DNA from: Bacteriovoracaceae bacterium
GTDB taxonomy: Bacteria > Bdellovibrionota > Bacteriovoracia > Bacteriovoracales > Bacteriovoracaceae
DNA: 36,982 bases
Direction of reading: 5' to 3'
Assembly (NCBI GenBank): GCA_018649885.1
Contig: JABIHA010000112.1
Coordinates: 62,001-98,982, forward strand
The notes under the pieces are model-generated. The model searched no databases and had not been told where the DNA came from. It worked only from the letters and a program-made list of their open reading frames with translations. The translations under genes were made by a program, and so were the position numbers. Shown here piece by piece: positions 1 through 9,651 of this stretch (positions within the stretch are counted from its first letter, which is position 1; the number at the start of each line of letters is the position of its first letter).

Positions 1-764
1 ATGATCCAAAATTTTACCGTGTACCTGAGACCAGAGAGCAGACCAGTGAATTACTGCTCTTGTATTCAATGGGTCTTCCCCAGGGAAAAGATATAAATGA
101 CTTGGTCTCAATTGATGAGAGATATATGAGAATTCATGTTCTCTGGAAAATTGAAACTACTAGAGATAGTGCTGAGAAATTCGATAAATTAATTAGTAAA
201 GCAGGAACCATGGGAATTGACGCCAAGAAAGGTGGGAATATGGGTCTTCATGTCAGGATGAACACTATGATTGTGAAATCCTTTTTCAGATCTATGTCTA
301 TTGCACTATTTCTTGTAGGGCTTTTAATTTTGGCCGTATTTAGAGATTTAAAAATCTCAATTATTGCTATGTTTCCAAATATTGTTCCTCTTTTTGTTGC
401 TTTGGCATTAATTAAACTGACGGGTCAATTTCTTGATATTGGAACGAGTTTAGTTGCGAGTGTGTGCTTAGGTATAGCGGTAGATGACACAATACACTTT
501 GTGACTAGTTATCAATTGGCACGAAAGGAAGGTCGAAATCCACTTGATTCGATAAATTTCACTTTTAAGGGTACGGGGGTTGCTCTTGTCATCACAACAG
601 TATTACTCGTTTTAGGTTTTGGAAGTTTCGGATTTGCTGAATTTATTCCCAATAGAAACTTTGGAATTTTAAGTGCCATTGTTTTACTTTTTGCACTCAT
701 TACAGATCTTTTACTTCTGCCAGCAATATTTTATCTAGTTGATCAAAAAAAAGGAAAAAACTAG
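1..764 (+). CDS. MMPL/RND-family transporter, C-terminal part (5' truncated by window edge)
   Basis: Frame is open from position 3. Multiple TM helices and the RND/MMPL motif 'GIAVDDTIHF'. The TAG stop lies inside the CTAG of the downstream repeat. Confidence 0.85.
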   Translation, partial: DPKFYRVPETREQTSELLLLYSMGLPQGKDINDLVSIDERYMRIHVLWKIETTRDSAEKFDKLISKAGTMGIDAKKGGNMGLHVRMNTMIVKSFFRSMSIALFLVGLLILAVFRDLKISIIAMFPNIVPLFVALALIKLTGQFLDIGTSLVASVCLGIAVDDTIHFVTSYQLARKEGRNPLDSINFTFKGTGVALVITTVLLVLGFGSFGFAEFIPNRNFGILSAIVLLFALITDLLLLPAIFYLVDQKKGKN

Positions 765-807
765 TGCTTCGCCATCATCGGGAAAAACTTAATGGAGGGA
801 GTACTAG
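761..807. repeat. CTAG-bounded palindromic element, copy 1 (shorter, degenerate)
   Basis: CTAGTGCTTCG...AAACTTAATGGAGGGAGTACTAG shares both ends with the reverse complement of 30089-30155. Confidence 0.7.
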
Positions 808-808
808 A

Positions 809-1579
809 TTAAGATATTGCATAATCTTTAAGATGTAAGCAGCTTAAAGATCCATCTGCTTTGAGAAATTCCGAGAAATCAATTGTCTTAACACTGAGTC
901 CTCGTTCTTTTAGAATTCGGAGTGTCTTTTGGTTTCCAGCTGGAATTAAAAAGTCGTTTCCATTAGATATTATATTGGCTGCAAGGGCTTCATCTAGAGG
1001 TATTTTTATGCATTCTTCCAGTTCATATAATGGGGAAAGAAAACTGATATTTTCAGTAGCAAAAATATAATCAGAGGTTGGACTTGAGCAGATACATTTC
1101 AAATGAAGAAATTTTGTTAACTTTACTGGAGTGGTGATGATTTTAAATTGTTTTAAAAATTCTGATGCCGCCTCAAACCCCGCACGGTTGGTTCTTTTGG
1201 ATATACCAATAAATGCCAGGTTTTTGTTAATGAGAATATCTCCCCCATCGAGAGTTGCGCCTTCAGGGAGCTCAGTAATTTCAATACCATTTTTTTCTAA
1301 GACGGATCTGGTTAACTCATTTTCGCCTTTTCTGGATTTTGCACCAATATTTGTAATGAGGGCCTGGTTTTTATACACAAGTGCTGTGTCCTCTATGAAG
1401 CAAGAATCAGGGTAATCAGTAATAGGAGGTAGTATTTTAACTTCCCTATTGCCCTCTTTTAAGAAGTTGGCATATTCCTCAAACTGCATTTTTGCTCTGC
1501 TCTTATTTATAACGGCGCCATCCATGGAAAGGGCCTTATCAAAACTAGTAGATGGTTCTCTCAAAAATATTTGCTTCAT
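809..1579 (-). CDS. Dimethylarginine dimethylaminohydrolase (DDAH) / amidinotransferase family
   Basis: Motifs 'YPDSCFIEDTA', 'LDGGDIL', 'LHLK' and C-terminal catalytic Cys in 'GSLSCL'. Start set at ATG 1579, after an AGGGAG RBS. Confidence 0.85.
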   Translation of the reverse strand: MKQIFLREPSTSFDKALSMDGAVINKSRAKMQFEEYANFLKEGNREVKILPPITDYPDSCFIEDTALVYKNQALITNIGAKSRKGENELTRSVLEKNGIEITELPEGATLDGGDILINKNLAFIGISKRTNRAGFEAASEFLKQFKIITTPVKLTKFLHLKCICSSPTSDYIFATENISFLSPLYELEECIKIPLDEALAANIISNGNDFLIPAGNQKTLRILKERGLSVKTIDFSEFLKADGSLSCLHLKDYAIS

Positions 1580-1589
1580 ATATTCTCCC

Positions 1590-2804
1590 TTACAAATCCT
1601 TAGCAGTAATCTCACTAAAATGGGTTGCTTTATTAAGGCCTAGATCGATGTTGTTTGTAACTACTCTCTGCATTGCCCATTTTGGTTTTAATGATTCAAC
1701 ACTAACCTTAATTTTTTTGTCAACTTTTGAGGTGAAAGTTATATGTGCGCATTGATATCCTTGTTTTCCATTTACCTCAGTGACCATATTACATTTAATT
1801 TCCCGAGGTAGTTTACCAAAACGTAAATCTGGAAGCGAGGGATTAAATTTCATCTTAAATATATTTTGATTCCAGACTTTGCGCTCCCCGGAAATTTCAC
1901 ACGGTCGGTTTTGATGACAACTAATTTCCCTAAGTTGGAGGTTGTGAGAAACTTTATTAAAAACAAATTGATATGAAGGAAAAGATTTTTTTGTTCTAAG
2001 CACTATTTTATCTGGATGGTGCTCTAGTTCGAAATCATGGACTATTTCGTTTTTTTCATTTTCTAGAGTGCTGTCAGATTGGAACCAAGCTCCGGAAAGG
2101 ATTCCGCTGCATGACTGGCTCATAAGCCCCGCTACTTTTAAACCAAAAATTGAGTAGGGCTCAATATCCTTTGGGTCAGAAAATATAATGTTATTGGTTA
2201 GATTGACTGATGTAAGATCTAGAATGGCCAGCGCACTATTTTGTGAATGGTTCATGGCGTTGCCATTTCTAAAAAATGGAGGATTATCCTTTATATAAAA
2301 TGAAGCATTATGATTTTTTTTAGCTCCGATTTTTATGCAAAATTTAATTGGATCTCTTTGATTGTTAGTTGGATTTAATCTGCTGTAATCAACTTCTACT
2401 ACCTTTTTTCCCTTGATGTAATTCTCGCTAACTTTTAAGCTCGCATCATAAGTTGCCCTCGAAAAAGCAGAGAGCATCTGCTTTGCGATCTCACTGATGT
2501 GGCTTGGGAGCCCGATATATTGAAGACCATCCAGCCTAGAGTCCAAGGTGAACCAAACGACTTCGCCATTTGGCAGGTAAATCTTTGAGACCTCAATCAT
2601 TCCCCACCCGTCGTTGCCCTGCAGAGCGACCATGATGTCTTGGTCAAAGTGCAGACACCAGGGGATAAATGGAATTACCGGGTGTGAATTGAGAGGTTCA
2701 TGATCAATGACTATGGGCGAATGAGTAGATTTTCCCAGAAATGTCTCTTCGTTTACGACACTATTTTTTGAAATGAAGAATTTGAGAGGGATTCGCTCTT
2801 CCAT
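1590..2804 (-). CDS. Hypothetical protein (404 aa)
   Basis: Long ORF ending 10 bp upstream of the DDAH start; no motif recognised. Confidence 0.7.
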   Translation of the reverse strand: MEERIPLKFFISKNSVVNEETFLGKSTHSPIVIDHEPLNSHPVIPFIPWCLHFDQDIMVALQGNDGWGMIEVSKIYLPNGEVVWFTLDSRLDGLQYIGLPSHISEIAKQMLSAFSRATYDASLKVSENYIKGKKVVEVDYSRLNPTNNQRDPIKFCIKIGAKKNHNASFYIKDNPPFFRNGNAMNHSQNSALAILDLTSVNLTNNIIFSDPKDIEPYSIFGLKVAGLMSQSCSGILSGAWFQSDSTLENEKNEIVHDFELEHHPDKIVLRTKKSFPSYQFVFNKVSHNLQLREISCHQNRPCEISGERKVWNQNIFKMKFNPSLPDLRFGKLPREIKCNMVTEVNGKQGYQCAHITFTSKVDKKIKVSVESLKPKWAMQRVVTNNIDLGLNKATHFSEITAKDL

Positions 2805-3030
2805 CTGGCTATTTTAAGGTTGATTTTTTAAATGAACAACGTGAAATAGATCTTCCCCGAAGGTGCTTTGCATAAAAGAGTCATTAAAATCGCAACTATC
2901 TCCCCCTAGGAGCAGAATACCAGCATTTCGCTCTGGTAAATTTATAGTCTCAGAAGGTAGTATTATAGCTACACACAAATGCATGGAATTTCATCACGGA
3001 TTGGATGGAATAATTTTGGAGAGACGTTTC

Positions 3031-6000
3031 GTGAAACTAAAACTTAAAAGGCTTATCCTTCAAGGATTTAAGTCGTTCAAAGATAAAACTGTTGTTCATT
3101 TTGATGATGGAATTACAGGAATTGTGGGACCAAATGGTTGCGGCAAATCCAATATCGTGGACGCCTTATTTTGGGTAATGGGTGAACAATCAGCAAAGCA
3201 CCTTCGTGGGAAATCCATGAAAGATGTTATTTTTGCCGGATCAGAAAAGCATACTCAGGCCTCATGGGCCGAGGTCTCCTTGGTTCTAGAAAATCTAGGC
3301 GGAAAGCATATCCATATAGGTAATACCGTTCTAAGCCCAAGTGAAATTCAATTAACTAGAAAACTTTATAAAAATGGTGAAACCGAATACAGAATCAATG
3401 GCACCCCAGCTAGGCTTAAAGATATCCAAGAGATTTTCATGGATACTGGGGCCGGTGCTAAATCCTATTCTATTATTGCCCAAGGTGAAATTAATAGACT
3501 CGTTCAAGCAAAGCCTGAAGAGAGAAGGGTGATGATTGAAGAAGTTGCCGGAGTCACAAAATTTAAGGCCAGACGAAGGGAATCAATTAAGAAAATTGAA
3601 AATACAGAGTCCAACTTAGGGCGTTTGGCTGATTTACAAACCGAGATTGAAAAGAATCTTCGGTCATTAAAAAGTCAATCAGAGAAAGCTGAGAGAGCAA
3701 AGTCGCTTAAGGAGAGAGTTCGCAAGTATGATTTGGTTGTTCACTCTCACAAAGTATTTGATTACCTAAAAGATTTTAGAGAAGGCAAAAATTTTATAAT
3801 AGAGAAAAAATCAGAAGTAGCGAGCTGGGTTTTGAAAAAAGATCAGCTTGAAGTTAGCCTTCAAGAAGAAAGAATTAAAAAAGAAGAAAGGCTAAAAGAA
3901 ATTGAAGAAGTCCAATCTCAGTATAACGAAAAGTCTAAAGAATTGGCGGCATCGGAGGAGAGATCTAAATTTGTTGAAAGGTCTTCAGTTGAAAAGAGTA
4001 AGCAAATTGAGCTTCGAAGTGCAGATGTAGTTCAATTATCAGAAGAATTAACTGAAAGAGAAGCCAGGATTAATAGTCTTAATCTTGAGCTAGAAGAATT
4101 AGAAAGTGAGTCTAGTGAAACAGTGGATTTCGACTCTATTCAAGAAAAAGTTGAAATTCTCAAAGAATCTCTAGAATTAAAAAAACAAACCATTGATGAA
4201 AAGTCTGATACCAGCTCAGAGCTTCAAGGAAATCTGCAAAGTGTTGATCAAACCCTTTATAAAAACTCATCTCGCGTAGAAGAATACTCAGCCAGTCTTG
4301 AAGATACATCCTTAGAAATTGAGGAGCTTGAATCACAATACTCAGCTGTCTCTTCAGATATCTCCAAAGAGAGAGACGAAGTTTTCGAATTAAACCAAAA
4401 AGTAGAAACTTTAAAAGTTAAGGTTGGGGAGTTGAAAGAGGGAATCTCTAGCTCTAAAACGGTAAAAAATGAGCTTGAAAGTGAACATCGAAACCAATCA
4501 AGATCATTAATTGAAAAAGAAAGTTTGTTATCCTCATTGAAGCAAATCAATCAATCCCTTGAGGGTGCAACAAAGGGAACCCAGAAATTTTTAGAAAGTG
4601 GTGATGAAAACTACAAACAACTTGGATCGATCATTGAATGTGAAGAAAAATATACTTGTGCAATTCAAAAGATCCTAGATCGATATATTAATTCACTTGT
4701 TTGTAAGGATAGTAGCTATTCAAGTTTTGCAAGTTGGGATAAATCAGAAAAAGAATTAGGCGTTGAGCTAATGATACCAGAGGCAGGTAACACGGCGTCT
4801 GATGAAGTGGTAGAAAGATTGAAGGTTGCGGGCTTCGGTGAAGTGAACTCAGTGAGCTCCTTTGTAAAGGTGAGTGATCCTGATTTTGCAGAAGTTGTCG
4901 GCAAAATATTAAATGGTTACTACATTGTTTCTTCAATTGATGATTCCATAGTTTTTGATTTACCAGAAAATATTGGATTTAGGGGGCTAGTGTCTGAAAA
5001 TGGCCGTTATGTGTTAACCTCACAAGGGAACGCTAGACAATTACTAGTTAGTGGCAGGGAAGAGGGTGATGGAGTCATTTCTAGAAACAATCAAATTTCA
5101 ACCCTAGAAGGTGAACTTCACTCACTTAAAGAAGAACTTGAAAAAGTAAATACTGAGTTTGAAAAATCTCTTGAAAACCATAAACTGTCAGAAGAACAAT
5201 TAGAAATATGTAATAGTGAATATACTGAAATTAAAGCAGAGTATGCTGCAAAAAAATCTACTCTAGATTCTAAAGTCGAAAATCTTACCAATGGAAACTC
5301 AAGGCTTTCAATTCTAAAAAATAGAAAAGATGAAGTATCGAGAAAAAAGCTAGAACTTCTTGAGATGGATGAGAAACTTCAAAAAGATTCGCAGGATTTG
5401 AAAGAGAAATTTGAAATATTAAGTACTGAGTTAGAAAACCTTGAAGAAGAGTATTCTGTTGGATACCAGACCTATCAAGACGAAAGAGAAGTTTTCTTAG
5501 AGAAAAAGGCATTTGCTCAAAATTTTGAAGCCAGATCCAAAGGTTTGAAATCTCAAATTGAGGATGTTGAGACACAAATTGAAAAAACCGCTGACAGAAT
5601 TGAAACAGGTAAAACTGTTATGGAACAAACGAGAGCTGAAAAAGTAGAGCTGGAATCTACTCTTCTTGAGTTGAAAGAACAAAACGCAGAAGTTGCAATG
5701 ACTCTTTCTCTTGAAGAAAAAGAACTTAAAATCAAAAAAGATGATTTGGCTGCCCTTCTTTCTCAAATGCTTGAAAGAGAAGATGAGGTAAAAAAACTAG
5801 CAGTAAAATCAAATAAGTTTGAAAAAGAGATTGCTCAAAAAGAAGTGAAAATTGAACAATATATTGAAAATGAAGCACAGGTCGTTCGAAATGTATTTGA
5901 AAAGCACTGTATTGATTTGAGAGATGTGTTGGGGCAATTTTTAGAATTTTCGGAAGAAGAATATGTAGGCCTTGCTGATATAACAGCTATGTATCATCAA

Positions 6001-6714
6001 GAAGGTGAAGAGGGACCAATTGAAATTGTAAAACAGCCCTACCTTTTTAATAGAAGATATGGGCAAGATCTTCGAGACTGCTCTACCAAATTTAAAAATT
6101 GTAGAAATGAGCTTACCCGGCTCGGCGAAATTAATTGGCAGGCAATTGAAGATTATAGAAAGCAAAAACTTAGGTCTGATTTTTTGAAAGATCAAGAAAT
6201 TGAACTCAAAACATCTCTTGAAGATCTTGAAAGTGCAATTAGACATATTGATGAAAAATCACGCTTTAGATTTGAGCAAGCTTTCGGTGAAGTGAATGAA
6301 AGATTTGAAAAAGTTTTCCCAATTATTTTTGGTGGCGGGAGCGCAAGATTAAATATAGTCGGAAATGTTGATTCTCCAGATTGTGGGATAGATATTGTAG
6401 CTCAGCCTCCAGGCAAGAAAATGCAAAATATAAATTTAATGTCTGGTGGAGAAAAGGCCCTTACTGCTGTAAGTCTTATCTTTTCTATCTTTTTGGTTAA
6501 GCCATCTCCTTTTTGCCTTCTCGATGAAGTTGACGCTCCTCTTGATGATGCTAATGTTGGGAGATTTAATCAGTTACTAAGAGAAATGAGTGAAGAATCT
6601 CAATTTATTTTAATTACACATAATAAGAAAACAATGGAGTTAAATGACACACTCTACGGTGTAACCATGCAAGAGCCTGGTGTTTCATCATGTGTGTCAG
6701 TACAATTGCACTAA
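3031..6714 (+). CDS. smc: Chromosome segregation protein SMC
   Basis: N-terminal 'LQGFKSF', Walker A 'GPNGCGKSN', long coiled coils, signature 'MSGGEK', Walker B/D-loop 'LLDEVDAPLD'. Start set at GTG 3031, after GGAGAG. Confidence 0.96.
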   Translation: MKLKLKRLILQGFKSFKDKTVVHFDDGITGIVGPNGCGKSNIVDALFWVMGEQSAKHLRGKSMKDVIFAGSEKHTQASWAEVSLVLENLGGKHIHIGNTVLSPSEIQLTRKLYKNGETEYRINGTPARLKDIQEIFMDTGAGAKSYSIIAQGEINRLVQAKPEERRVMIEEVAGVTKFKARRRESIKKIENTESNLGRLADLQTEIEKNLRSLKSQSEKAERAKSLKERVRKYDLVVHSHKVFDYLKDFREGKNFIIEKKSEVASWVLKKDQLEVSLQEERIKKEERLKEIEEVQSQYNEKSKELAASEERSKFVERSSVEKSKQIELRSADVVQLSEELTEREARINSLNLELEELESESSETVDFDSIQEKVEILKESLELKKQTIDEKSDTSSELQGNLQSVDQTLYKNSSRVEEYSASLEDTSLEIEELESQYSAVSSDISKERDEVFELNQKVETLKVKVGELKEGISSSKTVKNELESEHRNQSRSLIEKESLLSSLKQINQSLEGATKGTQKFLESGDENYKQLGSIIECEEKYTCAIQKILDRYINSLVCKDSSYSSFASWDKSEKELGVELMIPEAGNTASDEVVERLKVAGFGEVNSVSSFVKVSDPDFAEVVGKILNGYYIVSSIDDSIVFDLPENIGFRGLVSENGRYVLTSQGNARQLLVSGREEGDGVISRNNQISTLEGELHSLKEELEKVNTEFEKSLENHKLSEEQLEICNSEYTEIKAEYAAKKSTLDSKVENLTNGNSRLSILKNRKDEVSRKKLELLEMDEKLQKDSQDLKEKFEILSTELENLEEEYSVGYQTYQDEREVFLEKKAFAQNFEARSKGLKSQIEDVETQIEKTADRIETGKTVMEQTRAEKVELESTLLELKEQNAEVAMTLSLEEKELKIKKDDLAALLSQMLEREDEVKKLAVKSNKFEKEIAQKEVKIEQYIENEAQVVRNVFEKHCIDLRDVLGQFLEFSEEEYVGLADITAMYHQEGEEGPIEIVKQPYLFNRRYGQDLRDCSTKFKNCRNELTRLGEINWQAIEDYRKQKLRSDFLKDQEIELKTSLEDLESAIRHIDEKSRFRFEQAFGEVNERFEKVFPIIFGGGSARLNIVGNVDSPDCGIDIVAQPPGKKMQNINLMSGGEKALTAVSLIFSIFLVKPSPFCLLDEVDAPLDDANVGRFNQLLREMSEESQFILITHNKKTMELNDTLYGVTMQEPGVSSCVSVQLH

Positions 6715-7322
6715 TGATTCGTTTTATTTTGATCACATTCTTTCTTACCAATATTTGCTTTGCTGCAAAAAGAAGCAAGTTTTTACCTAAAACCTTTCAG
6801 GCAAAATTCGAACAAAGCTTTAAATCTGTTTTGTCTGGAAAGCTTGAAAAGAGTAGAGGCGAAATTTTTTATAAATATCCAGGGCATATCTATTTCGATG
6901 TGCAGTTTCCCGACCCTTTTGTTGTTGTGGCTAACCCCAAAAAAACTTGGCAATACACACCACCCTATGTTGTGGGTGAAAAAGGTCAGGTTATTGAGAG
7001 GCCTTCAAGAAAACTAACATTATTTAGATTTTTTGACGTCCTAAAAGATGGATTGAAAAGTAATGCTCTTTACGGTGTTGAGAAAACCAAGAAGTTTCAC
7101 ATTATTGAATTTAATAAAAAAACGGCGAAGGATATAGGTATTGTAAAAACTGAATTGTATTTTTTTAATGATAAGAATCCGGAACTCGTGGATTTGGAAA
7201 AAGCAATTTTGTATTATCACGACAAAAGACAAGTCACCCTGGTCCTGAAGCAAATGAAAATCAATATACCATTTAAAAAAGGTAAATTTATTTTTGATAA
7301 GAAAAAATTTAACGCCGAATGA
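6714..7322 (+). CDS. lolA: Outer-membrane lipoprotein carrier LolA-family protein
   Basis: Signal peptide; 'FQAKFEQ...SRGEIFYKYPG...WQYTP' LolA pattern; TAATG overlap with the smc stop. Confidence 0.75.
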   Translation: MIRFILITFFLTNICFAAKRSKFLPKTFQAKFEQSFKSVLSGKLEKSRGEIFYKYPGHIYFDVQFPDPFVVVANPKKTWQYTPPYVVGEKGQVIERPSRKLTLFRFFDVLKDGLKSNALYGVEKTKKFHIIEFNKKTAKDIGIVKTELYFFNDKNPELVDLEKAILYYHDKRQVTLVLKQMKINIPFKKGKFIFDKKKFNAE

Positions 7323-8587
7323 AAACCATCCTTTTGATTCTATTTCTAATGCTCACAAACTCTGTTTACTCGCAGGATGAAGCAAGCCTTTCACTTTCAA
7401 TTGGAAGTGGTCTTGTGGCCTTAGGGCATGATCTGGATTTAGATAGTTTTAAGATCACTTATGATTTTTCAACTGAACACTCAGTAAAAGTTAAATTTGT
7501 AGAAAATTCTCTTCAATGGATAAGGATACGCGGAAATTTGGTTGTTCCCAAGGCCCGTGTTGTTGTTGAACTGCCCGGTAGCTCTTATGAATATCACCTT
7601 AGTTACCTTGATAAATCCTATATCCTTCAACAGGAGAGGGAAATATCTTCAACTCAAATAGAAATTTCTCTTTTTCACCCACATAATGTAGATGTTTATA
7701 AAAATGGTGAAAAAATAGGAGAGATTGCTTTCGATATTAGATCAGAGCATGATGAGGAAAAGACTAAGATTATAGATAATTCATGTGCGCCATTCGGTCT
7801 TGAAGTCAAAGTACCCAAAGGAGAGTTTATCTCAATAGGTTGTAACTTGCACCTTCGGGGAGTGTTTGGATCTGAAAAGGCACTTCTTGAAATTAGCTGG
7901 ATGGGACCTAACTTAACATTACTTAAAAAGGGTAACCCACCCTACAAAATAAATATGGCCACAAGCGGTCCAGCAAAAATATTAGTCAATGATCAAGCAA
8001 AGAAAAAACACCTGCTTGAGATAAAAGCAAATGTTCCCCCCAGAATGTACCGAATGAAAACGGCTTTAGGTTTTGGACCCTATACCTTTGATTCAAAGTA
8101 TGGAGTAAAGCAAAGAAAGGCGAAGATCAGTGGAGCGGCCATGTTGTACGCGAAATTTGATTTGACCCCACATTCGAGCCTGCGAGCTTTCGACGCCCTT
8201 GTTTGGGAAAAATCAATATTTAATAATTTCGGTCTTTATTTTGCTTATACAGTTGCCTCTGTCATGGATAATAGGGTTTTGTTTGTTCCACTTTTAGGGA
8301 TGCAGGGATTAGTCTTTAAGTATGAAAGTGGTGGAAATGTTTTTACTCAGGCAATCTTTCCTCAGGGTATAGAGATTGTTTACAAGCATGCATTCGGACT
8401 GAAAAATTGGCACCTAATTTACGGAATGTTTTTGAATCCATCAGATGATGAGGAATATTCTAATTTGTGGGTGAGATTTGGAAAGAGGGTATTTGGCGAG
8501 CTTAACTATATCAGTTGGGAAGAAAACGACAAAAAGGCCCGAATGTTTGGACTCTCAATGGGTATTCCATTTTTCAATTTTTTCTAA
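7319..8587 (+). CDS. Hypothetical exported protein, possible C-terminal beta-barrel
   Basis: Signal peptide; amphipathic, aromatic-rich C-terminal half ending in Phe; ATGA overlap with lolA. Confidence 0.65.
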   Translation: MKTILLILFLMLTNSVYSQDEASLSLSIGSGLVALGHDLDLDSFKITYDFSTEHSVKVKFVENSLQWIRIRGNLVVPKARVVVELPGSSYEYHLSYLDKSYILQQEREISSTQIEISLFHPHNVDVYKNGEKIGEIAFDIRSEHDEEKTKIIDNSCAPFGLEVKVPKGEFISIGCNLHLRGVFGSEKALLEISWMGPNLTLLKKGNPPYKINMATSGPAKILVNDQAKKKHLLEIKANVPPRMYRMKTALGFGPYTFDSKYGVKQRKAKISGAAMLYAKFDLTPHSSLRAFDALVWEKSIFNNFGLYFAYTVASVMDNRVLFVPLLGMQGLVFKYESGGNVFTQAIFPQGIEIVYKHAFGLKNWHLIYGMFLNPSDDEEYSNLWVRFGKRVFGELNYISWEENDKKARMFGLSMGIPFFNFF

Positions 8588-8589
8588 TT

Positions 8590-9486
8590 TTATCGTCTTT
8601 TATCTTCTTTAAGTGCTAGGAAGAATCCACTGAAAATCAGCAAACACACAATGAAGAATTTTATTGAAATTGATTCATTTAGGTATGGGACTCCTAGAAG
8701 AGTTGCTACAACGGGCTGTAAGTAGATGAATAGGGCCACATTATCTGGCTTTGACTTGGATATGGCCCAATTGCTAATAAAGTAAGTTGCCAGGGTGCCA
8801 CCATAAATTGAGAAGAAAAATGACATGTAAAATTCAGTGGAAAGCTCGCTTGGGTTAATATCGATATTTGAAACTGTAAATAGAGAGTAGATACTCATTT
8901 GCATAGTCCCAAAAACAAAAATCCAAAATGTCCCTTTAGCATGACCTAATTTGGTAAAAAATTCTTTGCAATAACTAAGAAAAATTGCGGTGGCAGCGAA
9001 TGCAAATAAAACTAGCAGGTCACCTACAAAACTTTTAGAAGAAAAATCGATTTCTTTTTGGGCCTGTAAAATTAGGACACCCAAAAATGAGAGTGCAAAT
9101 CCAATTCCTCTTTTGGTTGTAAGTTTGTCCTGCTTTCTTAGAATTACAATAATGACAGTAAATATTGGTGTTAGGGTGCTCAGAAGAGATGCATTGCTTG
9201 CACTGGTTAATTTTAATCCTGACAGAAAGAAAAACTGTGTGAAAGTGACTCCAGCTAAGGCCAAGGCAAAACCCTTGATGATTGAATCCTTATCAATTTT
9301 AAAAAGATCAGGTTGCATCTTGTATAAGAAAGGAAATAGAGAAAGGGTTGAAAACCAAAAGCGAATTGTCGCCCAGAGAACGGGGTCGAGTTTTTCAACA
9401 ACTATTTTTGAAGTGACGAAATTAATCCCAAATAAAATTTGGACAATGATTAATGAGAAAATGACTAAAGACTTTGAATTTTCCAC
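8590..9486 (-). CDS. DMT/EamA-family transporter
   Basis: About 10 TM helices in two EamA repeats ('GLKLTSASNASLL', 'FIYLQPVVA'). Confidence 0.9.
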   Translation of the reverse strand: MENSKSLVIFSLIIVQILFGINFVTSKIVVEKLDPVLWATIRFWFSTLSLFPFLYKMQPDLFKIDKDSIIKGFALALAGVTFTQFFFLSGLKLTSASNASLLSTLTPIFTVIIVILRKQDKLTTKRGIGFALSFLGVLILQAQKEIDFSSKSFVGDLLVLFAFAATAIFLSYCKEFFTKLGHAKGTFWIFVFGTMQMSIYSLFTVSNIDINPSELSTEFYMSFFFSIYGGTLATYFISNWAISKSKPDNVALFIYLQPVVATLLGVPYLNESISIKFFIVCLLIFSGFFLALKEDKRR

Positions 9487-9651
9487 TATGAATTCTCTTT
9501 TTGGATGTGTCGTCCCGTAATATTTTAACGTAAATCACTGAAAATATGAATGGAGAAAGAATTGGAGCTGAAAACTCGTTGCGTTAAATTTGTCTAGCTT
9601 CAACCCTTTTAGTATGAGATAGATGGAATCAACTTTTCGAAGGGAACCATC

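Noticed and set aside
2833..2848. parS-like site near smc (TGAACAACGTGAAATA)
   Set aside because: Only one half resembles TGTTTCACGTGAAACA and it is not palindromic.
2863..3030. N-terminal extension of smc in the ORF track
   Set aside because: SMC family sequence starts at GTG 3031, which has an RBS.
8990..9520. 176-aa + strand ORF and other short antisense ORFs in the track
   Set aside because: Shadow ORFs opposite well-supported genes, without motifs.
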